Both the position numbers and the translations under genes were made by a program. A stretch of DNA of 63,803 nucleotides, counting the filler, from Octopus bimaculoides (taxonomy: Eukaryota): assembly GCF_001194135.2 (NCBI RefSeq). It is 7 parts of 7 records of this genome, joined end to end, with 100 filler letters (N's around TTAATTAATTAA, not from the genome) between each part and the next. Parts side by side here need not be neighbours in the genome. Positions count along the whole stretch, not along the records: positions 1 to 12,047 come from NC_068989.1; positions 12,148 to 34,762 come from NC_068984.1; 5 more parts are not named here. The stretch is one strand, 5' to 3'. The notes beneath the pieces are model-generated. The model did not search any database. It saw only the letters and a list, made by a program, of their open reading frames with translations, and was not told the origin of the DNA. Within the stretch, counting starts at the first letter, position 1. Each line of letters begins with the position of its first letter. This document shows, piece after piece, positions 1 to 12,475 of this stretch.

Positions 1-1897
1 TATATATATATATATATATATGGCATGAAACTCGAATTCGAGAAAGGAATTTACTTAAATACACCATATATTGTAATACACACACGCACACACAGACATA
101 CACGCACGCACGCACCACGCACGCACGCACATACACACAGATGTATGTGTGTATGTGTGTGTACGTGCGTGGGCGTGTGTATGTGTGCGTGCGTGTTTGT
201 GTTTTTGTGTGTTTGCATTTACAAACGGTAGAAAATGTGTATAAATATGAACGTTTAATGTGTCTTTCTGGGTTTTAATTCTTTGCTCTTTTCCAACCAA
301 GATGGCTTCCAACTAAAATCCCAAAACTCTTTTGTTGGTGCTCTAGATAAAAACGCCAGTAAATAGGTCTAGGTTGAATTTTTGCCACATTTCTTTTGTT
401 CTTATAGATTATGAAATAAGTATTAGATGATCCTTCTTTGGTTCTGTCTGTCTGCCTGTATATCCGTGTGTCTGTCTCTGATTTTGTCTCTTTGACGCCA
501 AACACTAACTTCTAAAACACAAACAACAACTTTACGAACGGTACCAGTGATTTCGAGCACATTTGTCGAATAACAGCAACTTCCATTGTAGGCTTCCAGT
601 GATCTCTTCGTTTTTACTTCTCACTGATTTTTTATTGAAATGCTTACATCTTTTGGGTGGTTGACCTCCATAATAAAAGACAATTTTCGTATTCTATCCT
701 AAACAACTAAGTCATATCTGCTGTGTTTACATCGGTTGGAATCTTTGATGGGAAAATTCTGTCACTGTTCCTTGTTTTGAATCGGGGGAATATCCTTGAG
801 CTAGGAAATATTTTAATGTTTTCTCGTGCCCAGTCACCCTGTAAATGATATCAAACACTGTTTTAATAGGATTATCATACCACAACTCAAGGAAGTTGAG
901 TTTTGAGATTTGGGGATAGTTACTGATGCATATCTGTGCATTATCTTCCACAAATCTTGGAGGTTTATGATCTTCACTGACTCATCTGCTCATCGTAAAA
1001 GCATAAACTTCGTAAATCTCTTGAATCCAAGAGACTTCTTTCAAAATTCCTATTTTTTTCCCACACAATAACTCGTCTAAGTCGATTTATGTAAAACGCG
1101 AGAGAAAGAAACCCAGCTGTTTGTTGCAATAAATGTTTCTAAAGCAGAATTGTTTCACGGACCCCTAAAATACAACTGGATCTCCAATTTACCATTTTGT
1201 TTGTGTGAATCCCTAAAAATCTTATAGGGACACCGAGTCATCATTTTTAGGAAAAGGAAGTGTTGCAAACTGACAATGAGGGACAGGTCCCTCTGGTTAG
1301 GGAATGTTGTGAACTGTCTTGGTGTATCGACACCCGTTTGCCTACAGTAAGAAATCTTCTCTGTCACAAAATATTGTAAATAGATTGATTACAAGTTCGA
1401 ATATGCCTCAAACATATTTGAACTCGTAATGGGTTGGTATTAATAAAATTCTTGGTCATAAGAAAAACAACGGCAGCGATAACAAACTTTACAACAACAA
1501 CAATAGCAACAATAGCAACCATATCCACAACCACAGCAATGGCTACAGCAAAAACAATAACAACGACATTATGACATCGACAACAACAACAACAACAACA
1601 ACAACAACCTGATCGTGAACAACATAAATGGTCTAACATGGCAAACGGAACTAAACGGGATCAGATGTAAACGGGCGTGTCTTATCGAATAGTTGTGCGG
1701 TCATGTGACCTAACTATTGACACAGCTGTCACATGTTTACCGAGTTCCGTTACATCAAACCCCTTACCTTCCTGTCTCTAAGCCTTTCACCCACTCCCCC
1801 AACTCCCAACCCCGACACACAACTGGCCCCAGGGGTTAGACACGGATCACCTTTCTGAAAATACACATTGCACAGAATTACATTTACACATACACAT

Positions 1898-1982
<85 letters not shown>

Positions 1983-2175
1983 TATGCACGTACACACAAA
2001 TACGCAAACACTTACACGCACTTACACACACTCACACATACAAGCCCACAGACAACAAGCGCACATCCATACAGACGCACACACTCCCACCCATGCGCTG
2101 TCACAGACGCCGAAACACGAAGCAATTCAGACAAATTATTTAGTAAGAAAAATTATGAAACTGATTTTGTATGTA

Positions 2176-2298
2176 GGCGCCGCAGGAGCGGCTGTGTGGT
2201 AAGAAGCTTGCTTCCCAACCATATGGTTCCGAGTTCATCCCCACTGCATGGTACACTGGGCAAGTGACTTCTACTAGAGCCGCGGACCGACCAAAGCC
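2176..2298 (+). mobile_element. tRNA-like SINE family A, 5' part
   Basis: A-box-like GGCTGTGTGGTAAG and B-box-like GGTTCCGAGTTCA, then gggcaagtg..cttctacta; matches the copies at 15749 and 59486. Confidence 0.8.
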
Positions 2299-2833
2299 AG
2301 TTTCAGGCCTTGTACCTGTAGCAGAAAGGAATATATATTGTGTCTACTCTTAAGACGGTAGGGTGTATTTTGGGGAAAATTTGGCTGCTATTTCTAGGAT
2401 GTCAAACAACCCTATGGTTTGGGATGTATCACAGATTAAATATGACGTTACTGACGTGTTTGAACAGTTTTTTTAAAATCATGTGTTCAAGTTCAAATTT
2501 CAGAAAAAAAGAAAAAATGAAACAAAACAAAAAAAAACTATACACAGTTATTTGTGACATTTCTTAATCCTGTTTGTGTGAAACCTGGCTGATGTTCTTC
2601 AGCAATGTTTTCAATTTAAAGGAGACGTCTTTGCGATAAACAGACTTTCATTTCTTTCTCAATGCATTGAATAGTGTCCTCCTTTTCGCATGGAATCAAT
2701 AAAGAAAATCCTGATTTATATAAATAAAAAGGGTCTTAGAGGATCACGACTGAACATTGATCTGTCCTTAAACGTAAAAGCCTGGGAAATGATTTCTTTG
2801 AGCAAGACTGGCAGCATTTGCCTGTGTATACAG

Positions 2834-2932
2834 ATCTGTCCGGCTCACATCGTCGATGTTTATTTAAGCGGGGAAAGGTCATCGACTTTGCTCGATACAA
2901 ACTTGGTACCAGTGTCATCGCAGTGGTTACAG
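2834..2932 (+). CDS. Candidate 99-nt exon, weakly TGF-beta-prodomain-like
   Basis: Acceptor tttgcctgtgtatacag|, donor CAG|GTAGAA; phase 0 reads ICPAHIVDVYLSGERSSTLLDTNLVPVSSQWLQ. Phase 1 is also open. Confidence 0.25.
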
Positions 2933-3009
2933 GTAGAACACACAATGCCGGAATACATATCGAAAGGCATTTAGTCCGTCTCGCAAATCTTTCGGCCGAC
3001 TTGCTGTCC

Positions 3010-3150
3010 TCCTCGATTGGTGTTTTTTAATCGACTCCGAAAATGATGCAAGATAAAGCCGACCATGAATTGAACTCAAACGGCCGAGAGTTGGAGCAAA
3101 TACCACGAGACATTTTGTCCAAAGCTCTACCGATTCTGCCAATTTGCCAC
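3010..3150 (-). mobile_element. SINE family B, diverged
   Basis: ttgaactca...aaatacc...cattttgtcc...ctaccgattctgccaatttgcc. Confidence 0.55.
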
Positions 3151-3401
3151 TAATTTCACATAAATAATCTATTGAAAAATAATAGATTAAAATTGATAAA
3201 ACTATTGTAGGATATTCTTCTCAGATGGAAGGCAAACATTTTCAAGAGACCCCCCCCCCCCACTTCATATTTGATTTTTAACCACGACAAATCGGTGTAG
3301 AAACCGATTCGTCTTCTTCGGATAATTTCAGACCTAAATTAGTTGGCATTACCATATAGAGCTTTTCAATTTATTACACTGTTCTATGTTTAAAGATTAA
3401 A

Positions 3402-3554
3402 AATACAGGTACAACTCATTTTTGTCAACTGAGTGGACTGGAGCAACGAGAATAGAAGTATCTTGCTCAAGGGCACAATGCGCCACTAGGAATCGAACTC
3501 ACACCTTTACGATCTTGAGCCGAATCCCTTAACCGTTAAGCCACGCGCCTTCAC
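3402..3554 (-). mobile_element. tRNA-like SINE family C
   Basis: Reverse complement gtgaaggcgcgtggcttaacggttaaggg...gtgagttcgattcc...ttgtgcccttgagcaag...gttgctccagtccactcag. Confidence 0.8.
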
Positions 3555-3810
3555 CATAGTATAATCTCTGCACCAAATACAACGTAGGTCAAGGTGTCCC
3601 AACGTATACTGCCCCATGGTTGGGTACTTCAAGGCCTGTGCTGCATAAAACGGTGAATCCTCTGTCCCCACCTCACCTGCTCTATCCCCTTATAAGTAGA
3701 AGGGCACCAAAGCCGGGAGTTAAGTGAGCGAAAGTCAAGGGACGAAGCCGTAACAGCTTGTCTGGTTCTCTACACTTGTATATAAGGCACCCGATGTATC
3801 TGTAGTAAAT

Positions 3811-4095
3811 GCACTTAGCCAAGAGGTAAGGGTGGGCCTGTTTTCACTCTTAATCGCTAGATCATGGTTTCGATTCCCGGACTGGGTAACAAGTTGTGCT
3901 CTTGAGCAACATATTTCATTTCACGTTGCTCCAGTCCACTCAGCTGCAAATGGGTCACCCCTGCTATGGCCTGATGTCCTATCCCGGATCTCGGTCAATT
4001 ATTCACCATGGAAACCGGGAAACCAGACCCTATCAGACCTGGGACCCAGTGACAGTTACGCCCAGGGTTGATGATGATGATGATGATGATGATGT
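3811..4095 (+). mobile_element. SINE with family C head/core, a different 3' region and a (GAT)n tail
   Basis: ggtttcgattcccgg B box and tttcacgttgctccagtccactcagctg core shared with 3402-3554; then gggtcacccctgctatgg...ggaaaccggg and (GAT)n. Confidence 0.7.
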
Positions 4096-5190
4096 ATGAC
4101 GATGGAAAGTCGAAATGCGGTGGAAACTTAACAAATGTTACCCGAAATTAAAGTAAAAAGATAGGAACAGGCGTAAACTGGAATACGTTGAGACTTTCTT
4201 CGTATTCACCGCTCTGATGTTGTAGAATAAGCGCACGACTATGACTTATGAACGATGTCTGCCGTGGAAACACTTGAATTAAGACACAGTTTCTGTGAAA
4301 GTCAAATCAGGAACACAGAATGACTGGATTATGGCACAGGTGACATTAAGATTAAATTTTCGATCGCGGGCAATGCCCGGGTTTGCCCTGGCCTGATTTT
4401 TCTCTGTTATATCTGCTGAAAGAAACGTCATTGAAATGGACTGACGTCTTAGGAAATGGAATAAACCAGGTGAAAACCAATGGAGTTCGTATGCAAGATT
4501 TTACCAGAAACTTTAATTCAGGACAAGTTTGGTTTAAGTTATAATTTTTATTATTTTAATTTACTGGATAATCAGTCTTAGATTATTATATTTTTGTATT
4601 CTGTAACCGGCGAGAAGGAAAGTGTTGTGGATGGGTGTTGTGGTGTAAGTTTTGCAAGAACAATACATAAAGTATAGGCGGTGCCATCTACTTTGAAAAA
4701 AATTATGAAAATCTAGGCGCGACGAATTCGAACACGCCCTCAAGTCGCTGTAATTCAGTGGCACCACCGCTGTGCATTTTAGAAACGTTCTGCGACTAAA
4801 GAAACCCGCTCCCCAACCACCGCTCCATATCGCAGTCAAAATTACAGCCAACTGATTTCTCTGTGTGTATATGTGTGAGTTTAATGTGTGTGCATGTGCT
4901 GTGTGTGTGTGTAAGTTTATTGTGTATGCGTGTTTAAGTTTTAGTGTCTGCGTATGCAAGTTTGTTCTGTGAATGGGTTCGTGTAAAAAAATAACATAGA
5001 GGGAGGCGAAGCAACCATTAAAGGAAAAAAATGAACGAATGGCGTTGTTATAGTTTGTAGTGTGAGTCGAAGCTGAAAATGTCGTCGCTGTATTTGCGAA
5101 TGACGACGTCGCTGATGTTGCGGTTGTTTTTGGCGAGAAGGAGGGTCAGGCATTGAAGTTCGTTATGTATTATTACATATATTGATATGA

Positions 5191-5288
5191 CTAAGAATAA
5201 TTGACAATAGCTGTGCTCATCCAAGCAGGGACGGCAGCACTGCAACCGGCCCAAACATTCACTACAAGTTGATCAGTTCCAGTTTCAG
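5191..5288 (-). CDS. Candidate terminal coding exon
   Basis: Strong acceptor cttcttttgtgattttattttcgtttttcag|CTGAAAC. Phase 1 reads xETGTDQLVVNVWAGCSAAVPAWMSTAIVNYS*; phase 0 reads LKLELINL*. Unique sequence follows, with AATAAA on the minus strand at 4547-4552. Confidence 0.35.
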
Positions 5289-5929
5289 CTGAAAAACGAA
5301 AATAAAATCACAAAAGAAGTGGATGGCAGCCGATACACGAGGCCTTTCTTTTCTTCTCTTTATTTTCCTTTGATTCTTCTTCTGTTTTTCCATTTTCCAT
5401 TTCAATTGTTGCGTTAAATTTTCCATTGAAACAATGCAATTCTTTTAATAATAGGGTTTAATCTATCCGTAATCCACCCGACTTAATCCATACATATCGC
5501 ACGTGACCTGATCTATTGTTTATGACCCTTGCAGCGATTCGGTCTAATTGCCTCTTTGAAACAACAACAACAAAATCTAAAAAAAAAAAGAACGAAAAAA
5601 AAAGAAGACGAAAGAGAGAACTAAGTCTGTAAACGCCGCCACAACCACTTGACAGCTATTATCATTTATTTAGCCATGGCTCTCCTTTCCTCTTTAATCC
5701 TATCTCGGGTCACCGCAGACATTTACATTATCTTGGTTGCATCAACGATTGTACTTCGGCCATTTGCCATCCCCACCACCGCCAACGGAAAGAAAGAGCA
5801 TCGTCATCGTCATCGCCATCATCAACGTCATCGTCGACGTCCTCGTCATCGCTTAGACATAAGACGTCCGCCATTAAACATATTTCACTAAGCAGGCGAC
5901 ACATTTTCACGTGATTCCCTCCCCCTCCA

Positions 5930-6300
5930 CCTCATCCACCTCATGATCATCGTCTTCCTCCTCCTCTCCTCCTTTACTCCCCTGCCACTTCTTCTTTCTC
6001 TTCTTCTTCTCTCCTTCGTCCCATCACCCTAACTTTTTGCATCTCTCAACCCCTTCTTCCTCTTCTCCCTCTCCTCTTTCCACCTTCCTCCCTCTTCTCT
6101 TTCCACTTTCCTTCTTACTTTCCTCCTCCCTTTCTCCTCCCTCCTCCTCCACTTCATCCACCTTATCCTAATTATCTTCCTCCTCCTCATCTCTTCATTA
6201 CTTCCACTGCTTCCCCTTTCTCGTCACCCATAACTCTCTCTCTCTCTCTCTCACTCTCTCACCTCTCCCTCTCCCTCTCATCTCTCTCTCTCTCTCTTTC
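5930..6300 (+). repeat. Long polypyrimidine (CT-rich) tract
   Basis: Almost exclusively C/T; a similar tract lies at about 15420-15640. Confidence 0.85.
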
Positions 6301-6358
6301 CCCAACTAACACCTTACACCGGTCACACAGTCACACGTCATACACTCACACAATTTAC

Positions 6359-6460
6359 CAAATTCAATGTAGAGTAATGGCCGAACGAGAGAGAGATATC
6401 GAGTGAGACGTCGGAACAAACGGCGTTAATTCCAGCCAGTTTCTGTGTCGAAGAAGTGAT
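6359..6460 (-). CDS. Candidate 102-nt exon
   Basis: Acceptor ttgtcgtattttcag|ATCAC and donor TTG|GTAAAT. Phase 0 open: ITSSTQKLAGINAVCSDVSLDISLSFGHYSTLNL. Phase 1 gives DHFFDTETGWN*. Confidence 0.4.
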
Positions 6461-6720
6461 CTGAAAATACGACAATGGAAGTTAATCTTCAGGGTCTTTT
6501 ATTGCCATTGTTTATTGCTAGTGTTGGTGCTACGCTTGTAATAACTGTTAGCGTTGTCAGCGCTGCTTTTCACTCTGGCTGTTTTATGTAGCTGTAAACA
6601 TCGTTATTTTGACGTGTGGCTCTGTTGTTGCTGTTGCTATTGTGTTGCATGGCTGGTGTTTCTAACTGTTGTTGGTGCCGCTGCTGGAGGAGGCCATTTA
6701 TGACGAAAATAAATCTTACT

Positions 6721-6764
<44 letters not shown>

Positions 6765-6935
6765 TATATGTGCGTGTACCCCACCCCATACGTATATATA
6801 TATTCCTTTCACTGCCTCCCTCGCTTTTTCTCTCTTGTACAATATCCGTAGGAGTATATTTATATATGGACGTAGGTATGTATGTTTGAATGTATGTATT
6901 TATGTATGTATGTACAAATAGATAGATAGATAAAT

Positions 6936-6980
<45 letters not shown>

Positions 6981-9900
6981 GAGAGGGAGAGAGAGAGTCA
7001 GACGGACAGATAGCGAAAGGAATATAAGGTTCACGTATCGACAGACACAAATGAAAATATGAATCTGTCCATTTATAGACGAATGTGGAGACGTGAGCGC
7101 GGTTTTTTTATGCAAACGAAATTTTCTAAAACAAAGTAGGAATTATTCCTTCAAGTTCACGTGCGAAGTTACACACAAACACACACACACCACACGCACA
7201 CACACACACACACACGTACGCACACACATACAGGTGCATAAGCATCCACACAAACACAACATGCGACTGTGCGTATTTATGTATGCGTACGTATATATGT
7301 ATGTGTGCACACACCTGCTCTCCCCCCCTCTCTCTCTCTCTCTCGCTTGCTCTCTCACTCACCTCCCTCTCTCTCTCTCTCTTTCGCACACACGTAAATG
7401 TATGCGAAGTGATTTACGTTGAAGTGGTCAGCTGCAGGGATCTATCTATCTATCTATCTATCTGTCTGTCTGTCTGTCTGTCAGTCTGTTAACATGTGTG
7501 TGCGCACATACACACGCACATACACACGCACATACACACATATATGTGTGTGTGTATGTATATATATANNNNNNNNNNNNNNNNNNNNNNNNNNNNNNNN
7601 NNNNNNNNNNNNNNNNNNNNNNNNNNNNNNNNNNNNNNNNNNNNNNNNNNNNNNNNNNNNNNNNNNNNNNNNNNNNNNNNNNNNNNNNNNNNNNNNNNNN
7701 NNNNNNNNNNNNNNNNNNNNNNNNNNNNNNNNNNNNNNNNNNNNNNNNNNNNNNNNNNNNNNNNNNNNNNNNNNNNNNNNNNNNNNNNNNNNNNNNNNNN
7801 NNNNNNNNNNNNNNNNNNNNNNNNNNNNNNNNNNNNNNNNNNNNNNNNNNNNNNNNNNNNNNNNNNNNNNNNNNNNNNNNNNNNNNNNNNNNNNNNNNNN
7901 NNNNNNNNNNNNNNNNNNNNNNNNNNNNNNNNNNNNNNNNNNNNNNNNNNNNNNNNNNNNNNNNNNNNNNNNNNNNNNNNNNNNNNNNNNNNNNNNNNNN
8001 NNNNNNNNNNNNNNNNNNNNNNNNNNNNNNNNNNNNNNNNNNNNNNNNNNNNNNNNNNNNNNNNNNNNNNNNNNNNNNNNNNNNNNNNNNNNNNNNNNNN
8101 NNNNNNNNNNNNNNNNNNNNNNNNNNNNNNNNNNNNNNNNNNNNNNNNNNNNNNNNNNNNNNNNNNNNNNNNNNNNNNNNNNNNNNNNNNNNNNNNNNNN
8201 NNNNNNNNNNNNNNNNNNNNNNNNNNNNNNNNNNNNNNNNNNNNNNNNNNNNNNNNNNNNNNNNNNNNNNNNNNNNNNNNNNNNNNNNNNNNNNNNNNNN
8301 NNNNNNNNNNNNNNNNNNNNNNNNNNNNNNNNNNNNNNNNNNNNNNNNNNNNNNNNNNNNNNNNNNNNNNNNNNNNNNNNNNNNNNNNNNNNGACTTTCT
8401 GTTCTTTAGTTTTATGGGATGGTTTGTAATGTGGCATTTCTCAGTCACACATAAATTGCACAGACTATGATTATATGGAATGGCTCGGTTCTAGGTAGAC
8501 CACACAATGTGGCTAAGCTCACCCCCTTCTTCTTTTTGCCAAATTTACTTTGATGGGGGGGGGGGACAGTAGAGTTTACTTTGCAACGATGTTGGAAAGA
8601 AGAAATTTACTCTCAGACCGATAAAAAGAAAAACACAGTACTACTGATTTTTTTTTTGTCAGTTGTAGTCGTCTGATACACAGTGCATTAATAATCCACT
8701 TCTTATTTACGGGACACGATTCAATGTTTCGAAAATTACAGTTATCTTCTCTTTGTTTTGTTTTGTTTTGAAGAATTCTGTAGTTATGTAAAGAAATGAT
8801 TTCTGCTATAGAGTATTAGGGGAAAAATTGGCTTTTGTATGTTACCTGTTGAATAATTTACGAAGTGTGTTCTTTTACTGGTAGAGTTTTTTTCTTTGGG
8901 TGGAGGAAATTATTTTGCTGTAAAGACTATAACATTTTTGGTGAACGGTGCATTGAACGAGATTGCGTTTCTCTCTTTTGTGCAAGCTTGTCGTAGGTGA
9001 GCTAATATACTATTGTATTATAAAGCTTCTTGGTTGTAAATGTTCTTCTCCCTGTAAAAAAATTGATTTGACAATGTAGAGACTGTTACGTTTACTTATT
9101 ATTACAGATATTTGCTTAATAACATTTAGAGGATGTTTCCAATCTGCATGCATATACAGAGGGTGGAGGTTCGGTTCATATCAGTAACTTAGAAACATGC
9201 TGGTTTCTATGGTTAACTTGTGATTAAAACTTTACAGGATGGTTATGATTCTATTTCTGTGTGTGTCGGCTCCAGAAAGCCATTAGGCTTTTGTCCCAAC
9301 ATGGTTTTACACTGATAATATTGTCCATAAAAAAGGGGAAAATAAACGTACTTTTACATAACGAAATAATTTTGATTATAGAGGGTGATGTGGAATAATT
9401 GATCTTTATGTTGTTCCTGATAAACAATTGAAGTTTACACAACAAACATATTATTCTCTTACAGAGTGGAGGTCTTTGAAATTCTTCGAAAGTTTTATAG
9501 AAGTTTTTTCAAAGGCTATAAATACTTTTTGATCATTCTAAGTTTATTGATTATTTCCCGATGTATTGTATTGTCACCGGTCGATGAGATCGATGGAATT
9601 CCAAGGTTTAGTACAGGAATGCCTAACAACTAAAGCGTGCAAAGGACATGAAATAAGGATCGGCTCTCGATGCCGCGTCTGTTTTCTACCTTTAAACAGT
9701 TATCAATTTATAGCATTCCACCGAAGTCACATCGCTTCTAGTAAAGGAACGAACGCTCCAGCCTGGGCGTTTTTATGCAGTTGCTCGTCTTTCAAAATAT
9801 AGCAGCCAAATTCCCTCAAATTATACACTGTACTCTCTTATCAAAGATGGCCCTATTGAATATAGCGTCGTCCGAGGTATACAGAAAGATGAGATGGCCA

Positions 9901-10811
9901 TACCTGGAACACTTTCCGTTCATTGAGCTTCTTGGTCAGGGTTGAACTTGGGACTAAGGAACGGCAATAGCAGCAGCAGCAGGAAGAACAAGAAAAACAG
10001 CAACAACAACAACAACAACAACAACAACGCTTTTACGGCATTACTTAGACCATCCTATTCCACTTCAGTTTCCATTCTTCTCAAGTTTGGCTTCACAAGT
10101 CCAAAAGGCCACAGATATAATGACAGATAACAATGAAACTCGACTTGTCCTCTCTCTCTCTCTCTCTCTCTCTTAACTAAAGGCCTGAATGTTTTAAGAA
10201 GTCAGTTAGCCGTAATAAGCACCGTTTCTGCCATTCTAATCACGTGGACTGATTGTGTCACTGGTTTACAATCTCCGATCATTACGTAGTCGTTGGCTGC
10301 CATCTTATGTTGCCTTTTTTTTAAAAAACAACTTTATCTCTTTTTTGTATATTTTTTCAAATCTTGTTTTAATGTTATATTGTTGGTTTTGCTATTACTG
10401 CTGCTTCTGTTGTTGTTGTTGTTGTTGTTCGTTCCGTGTCCTTCTCGTTTGTGTTTGCTATCATTAAATCATATTAACAAACATTTCTTCTTCCAATGCT
10501 GTATTTACAAGTCACTCTCAGCATTTTCTTTCGTTTTATTCTCTGTTATTCTTCGTCGTCTTCTTTTATTTGTTTTCTTTCATTGACAGAATAAATGAAA
10601 TGATTCATGAATGAATGAATGAAAGACTGAAAAAGAAAGAAATCACAAAAAGTGACTGAAATTCTTTCATATTGTTTCCCCAGATTTCATTCCTTAAGCC
10701 TTTTACCTCTCCTCTCCCCAGCTTTCCTATACCCCCCTCTCCACTCATTCTATGTTTTCTTTCTTTCTCTCTTTCTTTCTTTCTCTCTTTCTTTCTTTCT
10801 TTCTTTCTCTC

Positions 10812-11015
10812 TTTTGCCTTAACTTGTCTCAGCCATTGGACTGCGCCCATGCTAGGGCACTGCTTTGAATGGTTTTATGTGAACAAATCGGCTCCAGTTT
10901 TTATTTCAAAATCTGGTGCTTATTCTATCGGTTCTCTTTTGTCAAACCGCTAAGTTACGGAGACGTAAATACACCAACACCGATTATCAAGCGGTGGTTG
11001 GGGACAAACACAAGC
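10812..11015 (-). mobile_element. SINE family A, 3' half
   Basis: Reverse complement of the 3' half seen at 15960-16128 and 39050-39247. Confidence 0.7.
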
Positions 11016-11545
11016 ACGTACATGCATATGCCCAAATACCAACTGCCCCACAATCCCTTGTACTAATGAATTGAGTGTGTTATCAACACGACAATCGACC
11101 ACCTTTACTTCCAGCAGCCAAGGAACTTAGACATATACAAAAAACAGAGAAGAAAACAATGGCGAAGCTAATTTGTAAAACATTTAAAAAAATAATCCAA
11201 GAAAAACAACTCATAATGGTGAGTAACATGAATTTGAACAGCATAAACCAATAGAGGTATATTAGATACCATACAACATAAATTTTTGCTTCATTAATAT
11301 TATCATCACTTCTAGAGGTTGTGTCACAGTTGCGAAATGGCAGCTGAGTGGTTTCGACCCACTCTGTGTGATGAAGATGGGCTTTATGTGGACAGACCTT
11401 GTCGTGATAACGCACATCGCTCTCTCGAATACATTATCTGCGACAAATGCCAACGTTTTCATCAACGGCTCAGTAAAAAATTCAAATTTATACATTTCAT
11501 AGAGTTATAAACCATAAGTTATCAATGAAATCGTCTTTGTTCGAG

Positions 11546-11713
11546 TCATTCCACACCAGCAACATCCCCCTCCTTCGTGGAACTGGAATTTCTGCAGATT
11601 TGTGTGTGTCTGGAAATCTTAGAACAAGGCTGGTAAAAATCGAATGGCAGACCATCCAAATCAGGCGATTTGTACCCTGTACAACCGCCTACAGCCATCC
11701 TGCTTTTCCTTCG
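11546..11713 (-). CDS. Candidate (possibly terminal) exon
   Basis: Acceptor atgtacttttatcactttcag|CGAAGG. Phase 0 reads RRKSRMAVGGCTGYKSPDLDGLPFDFYQPCSKISRHTQICRNSSSTKEGDVAGVE*. Lies in unique, non-repeat sequence. Confidence 0.3.
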   Translation of the reverse strand, partial: RRKSRMAVGGCTGYKSPDLDGLPFDFYQPCSKISRHTQICRNSSSTKEGDVAGVE

Positions 11714-11977
11714 CTGAAAGTGATAAAAGTACATATGTTAACCATGTTGTTTAACCCGAAGTCAGGCGGGGCTGAAATAACTGGTTCTAATCGTGATCTT
11801 TATAGGAGTGTGTTATGCGAGGGAGGTTTGGCTGCTGTCTCAATGAGGTATCCCCTGTGACAAGTATAATTACAGGCGCGCATAGAAGCTCTATTAGAGA
11901 GCGATTTCACTGGTTAATGAAATATTTCCCACCACAAGACATGTCTAATCTCCGTACCATTCTCATTTATCTTTGAG

Positions 11978-12047
<70 letters not shown>

Positions 12048-12147
12048 NNNNNNNNNNNNNNNNNNNNNNNNNNNNNNNNNNNNNNNNNNNNTTAATTAAT
12101 TAANNNNNNNNNNNNNNNNNNNNNNNNNNNNNNNNNNNNNNNNNNNN
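12048..12147. other. Artificial contig-join linker
   Basis: 44 N + TTAATTAATTAA (12092-12103) + 44 N = 100 bp; the spacer has stops in all six frames. Confidence 0.95.
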
Positions 12148-12183
<36 letters not shown>

Positions 12184-12393
12184 ATGTCTCGAGTTGTAGC
12201 TGTAATTCAGCCTTATCCTATTCTGTGTGAGGCTGAATCTCCCTGAGAATTACGTTAATGTTATGCATGTCTGTGGAATACTCAGACATTTGTGAGTTAA
12301 TTTTATCCTCGTGTGATAATGAAAAATGAAATTGACATCGAATATTTGCTGTGTCTATGTATCTCTGTATGAACTTTTCTTTGGATTTATGTA

Positions 12394-12475
<82 letters not shown>

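Noticed and set aside
1010-1295. Short hairpins (tctcttg/caagaga, agggac/gtccct), also 27527-27550 and 34115-34137
   Set aside because: Stems of 6-9 bp are expected by chance in 64 kb of AT-rich DNA.
4561-4959. 132-aa minus-strand ORF
   Set aside because: It starts in a microsatellite, has no good acceptor and no recognisable motif; more likely UTR of the candidate terminal exon.
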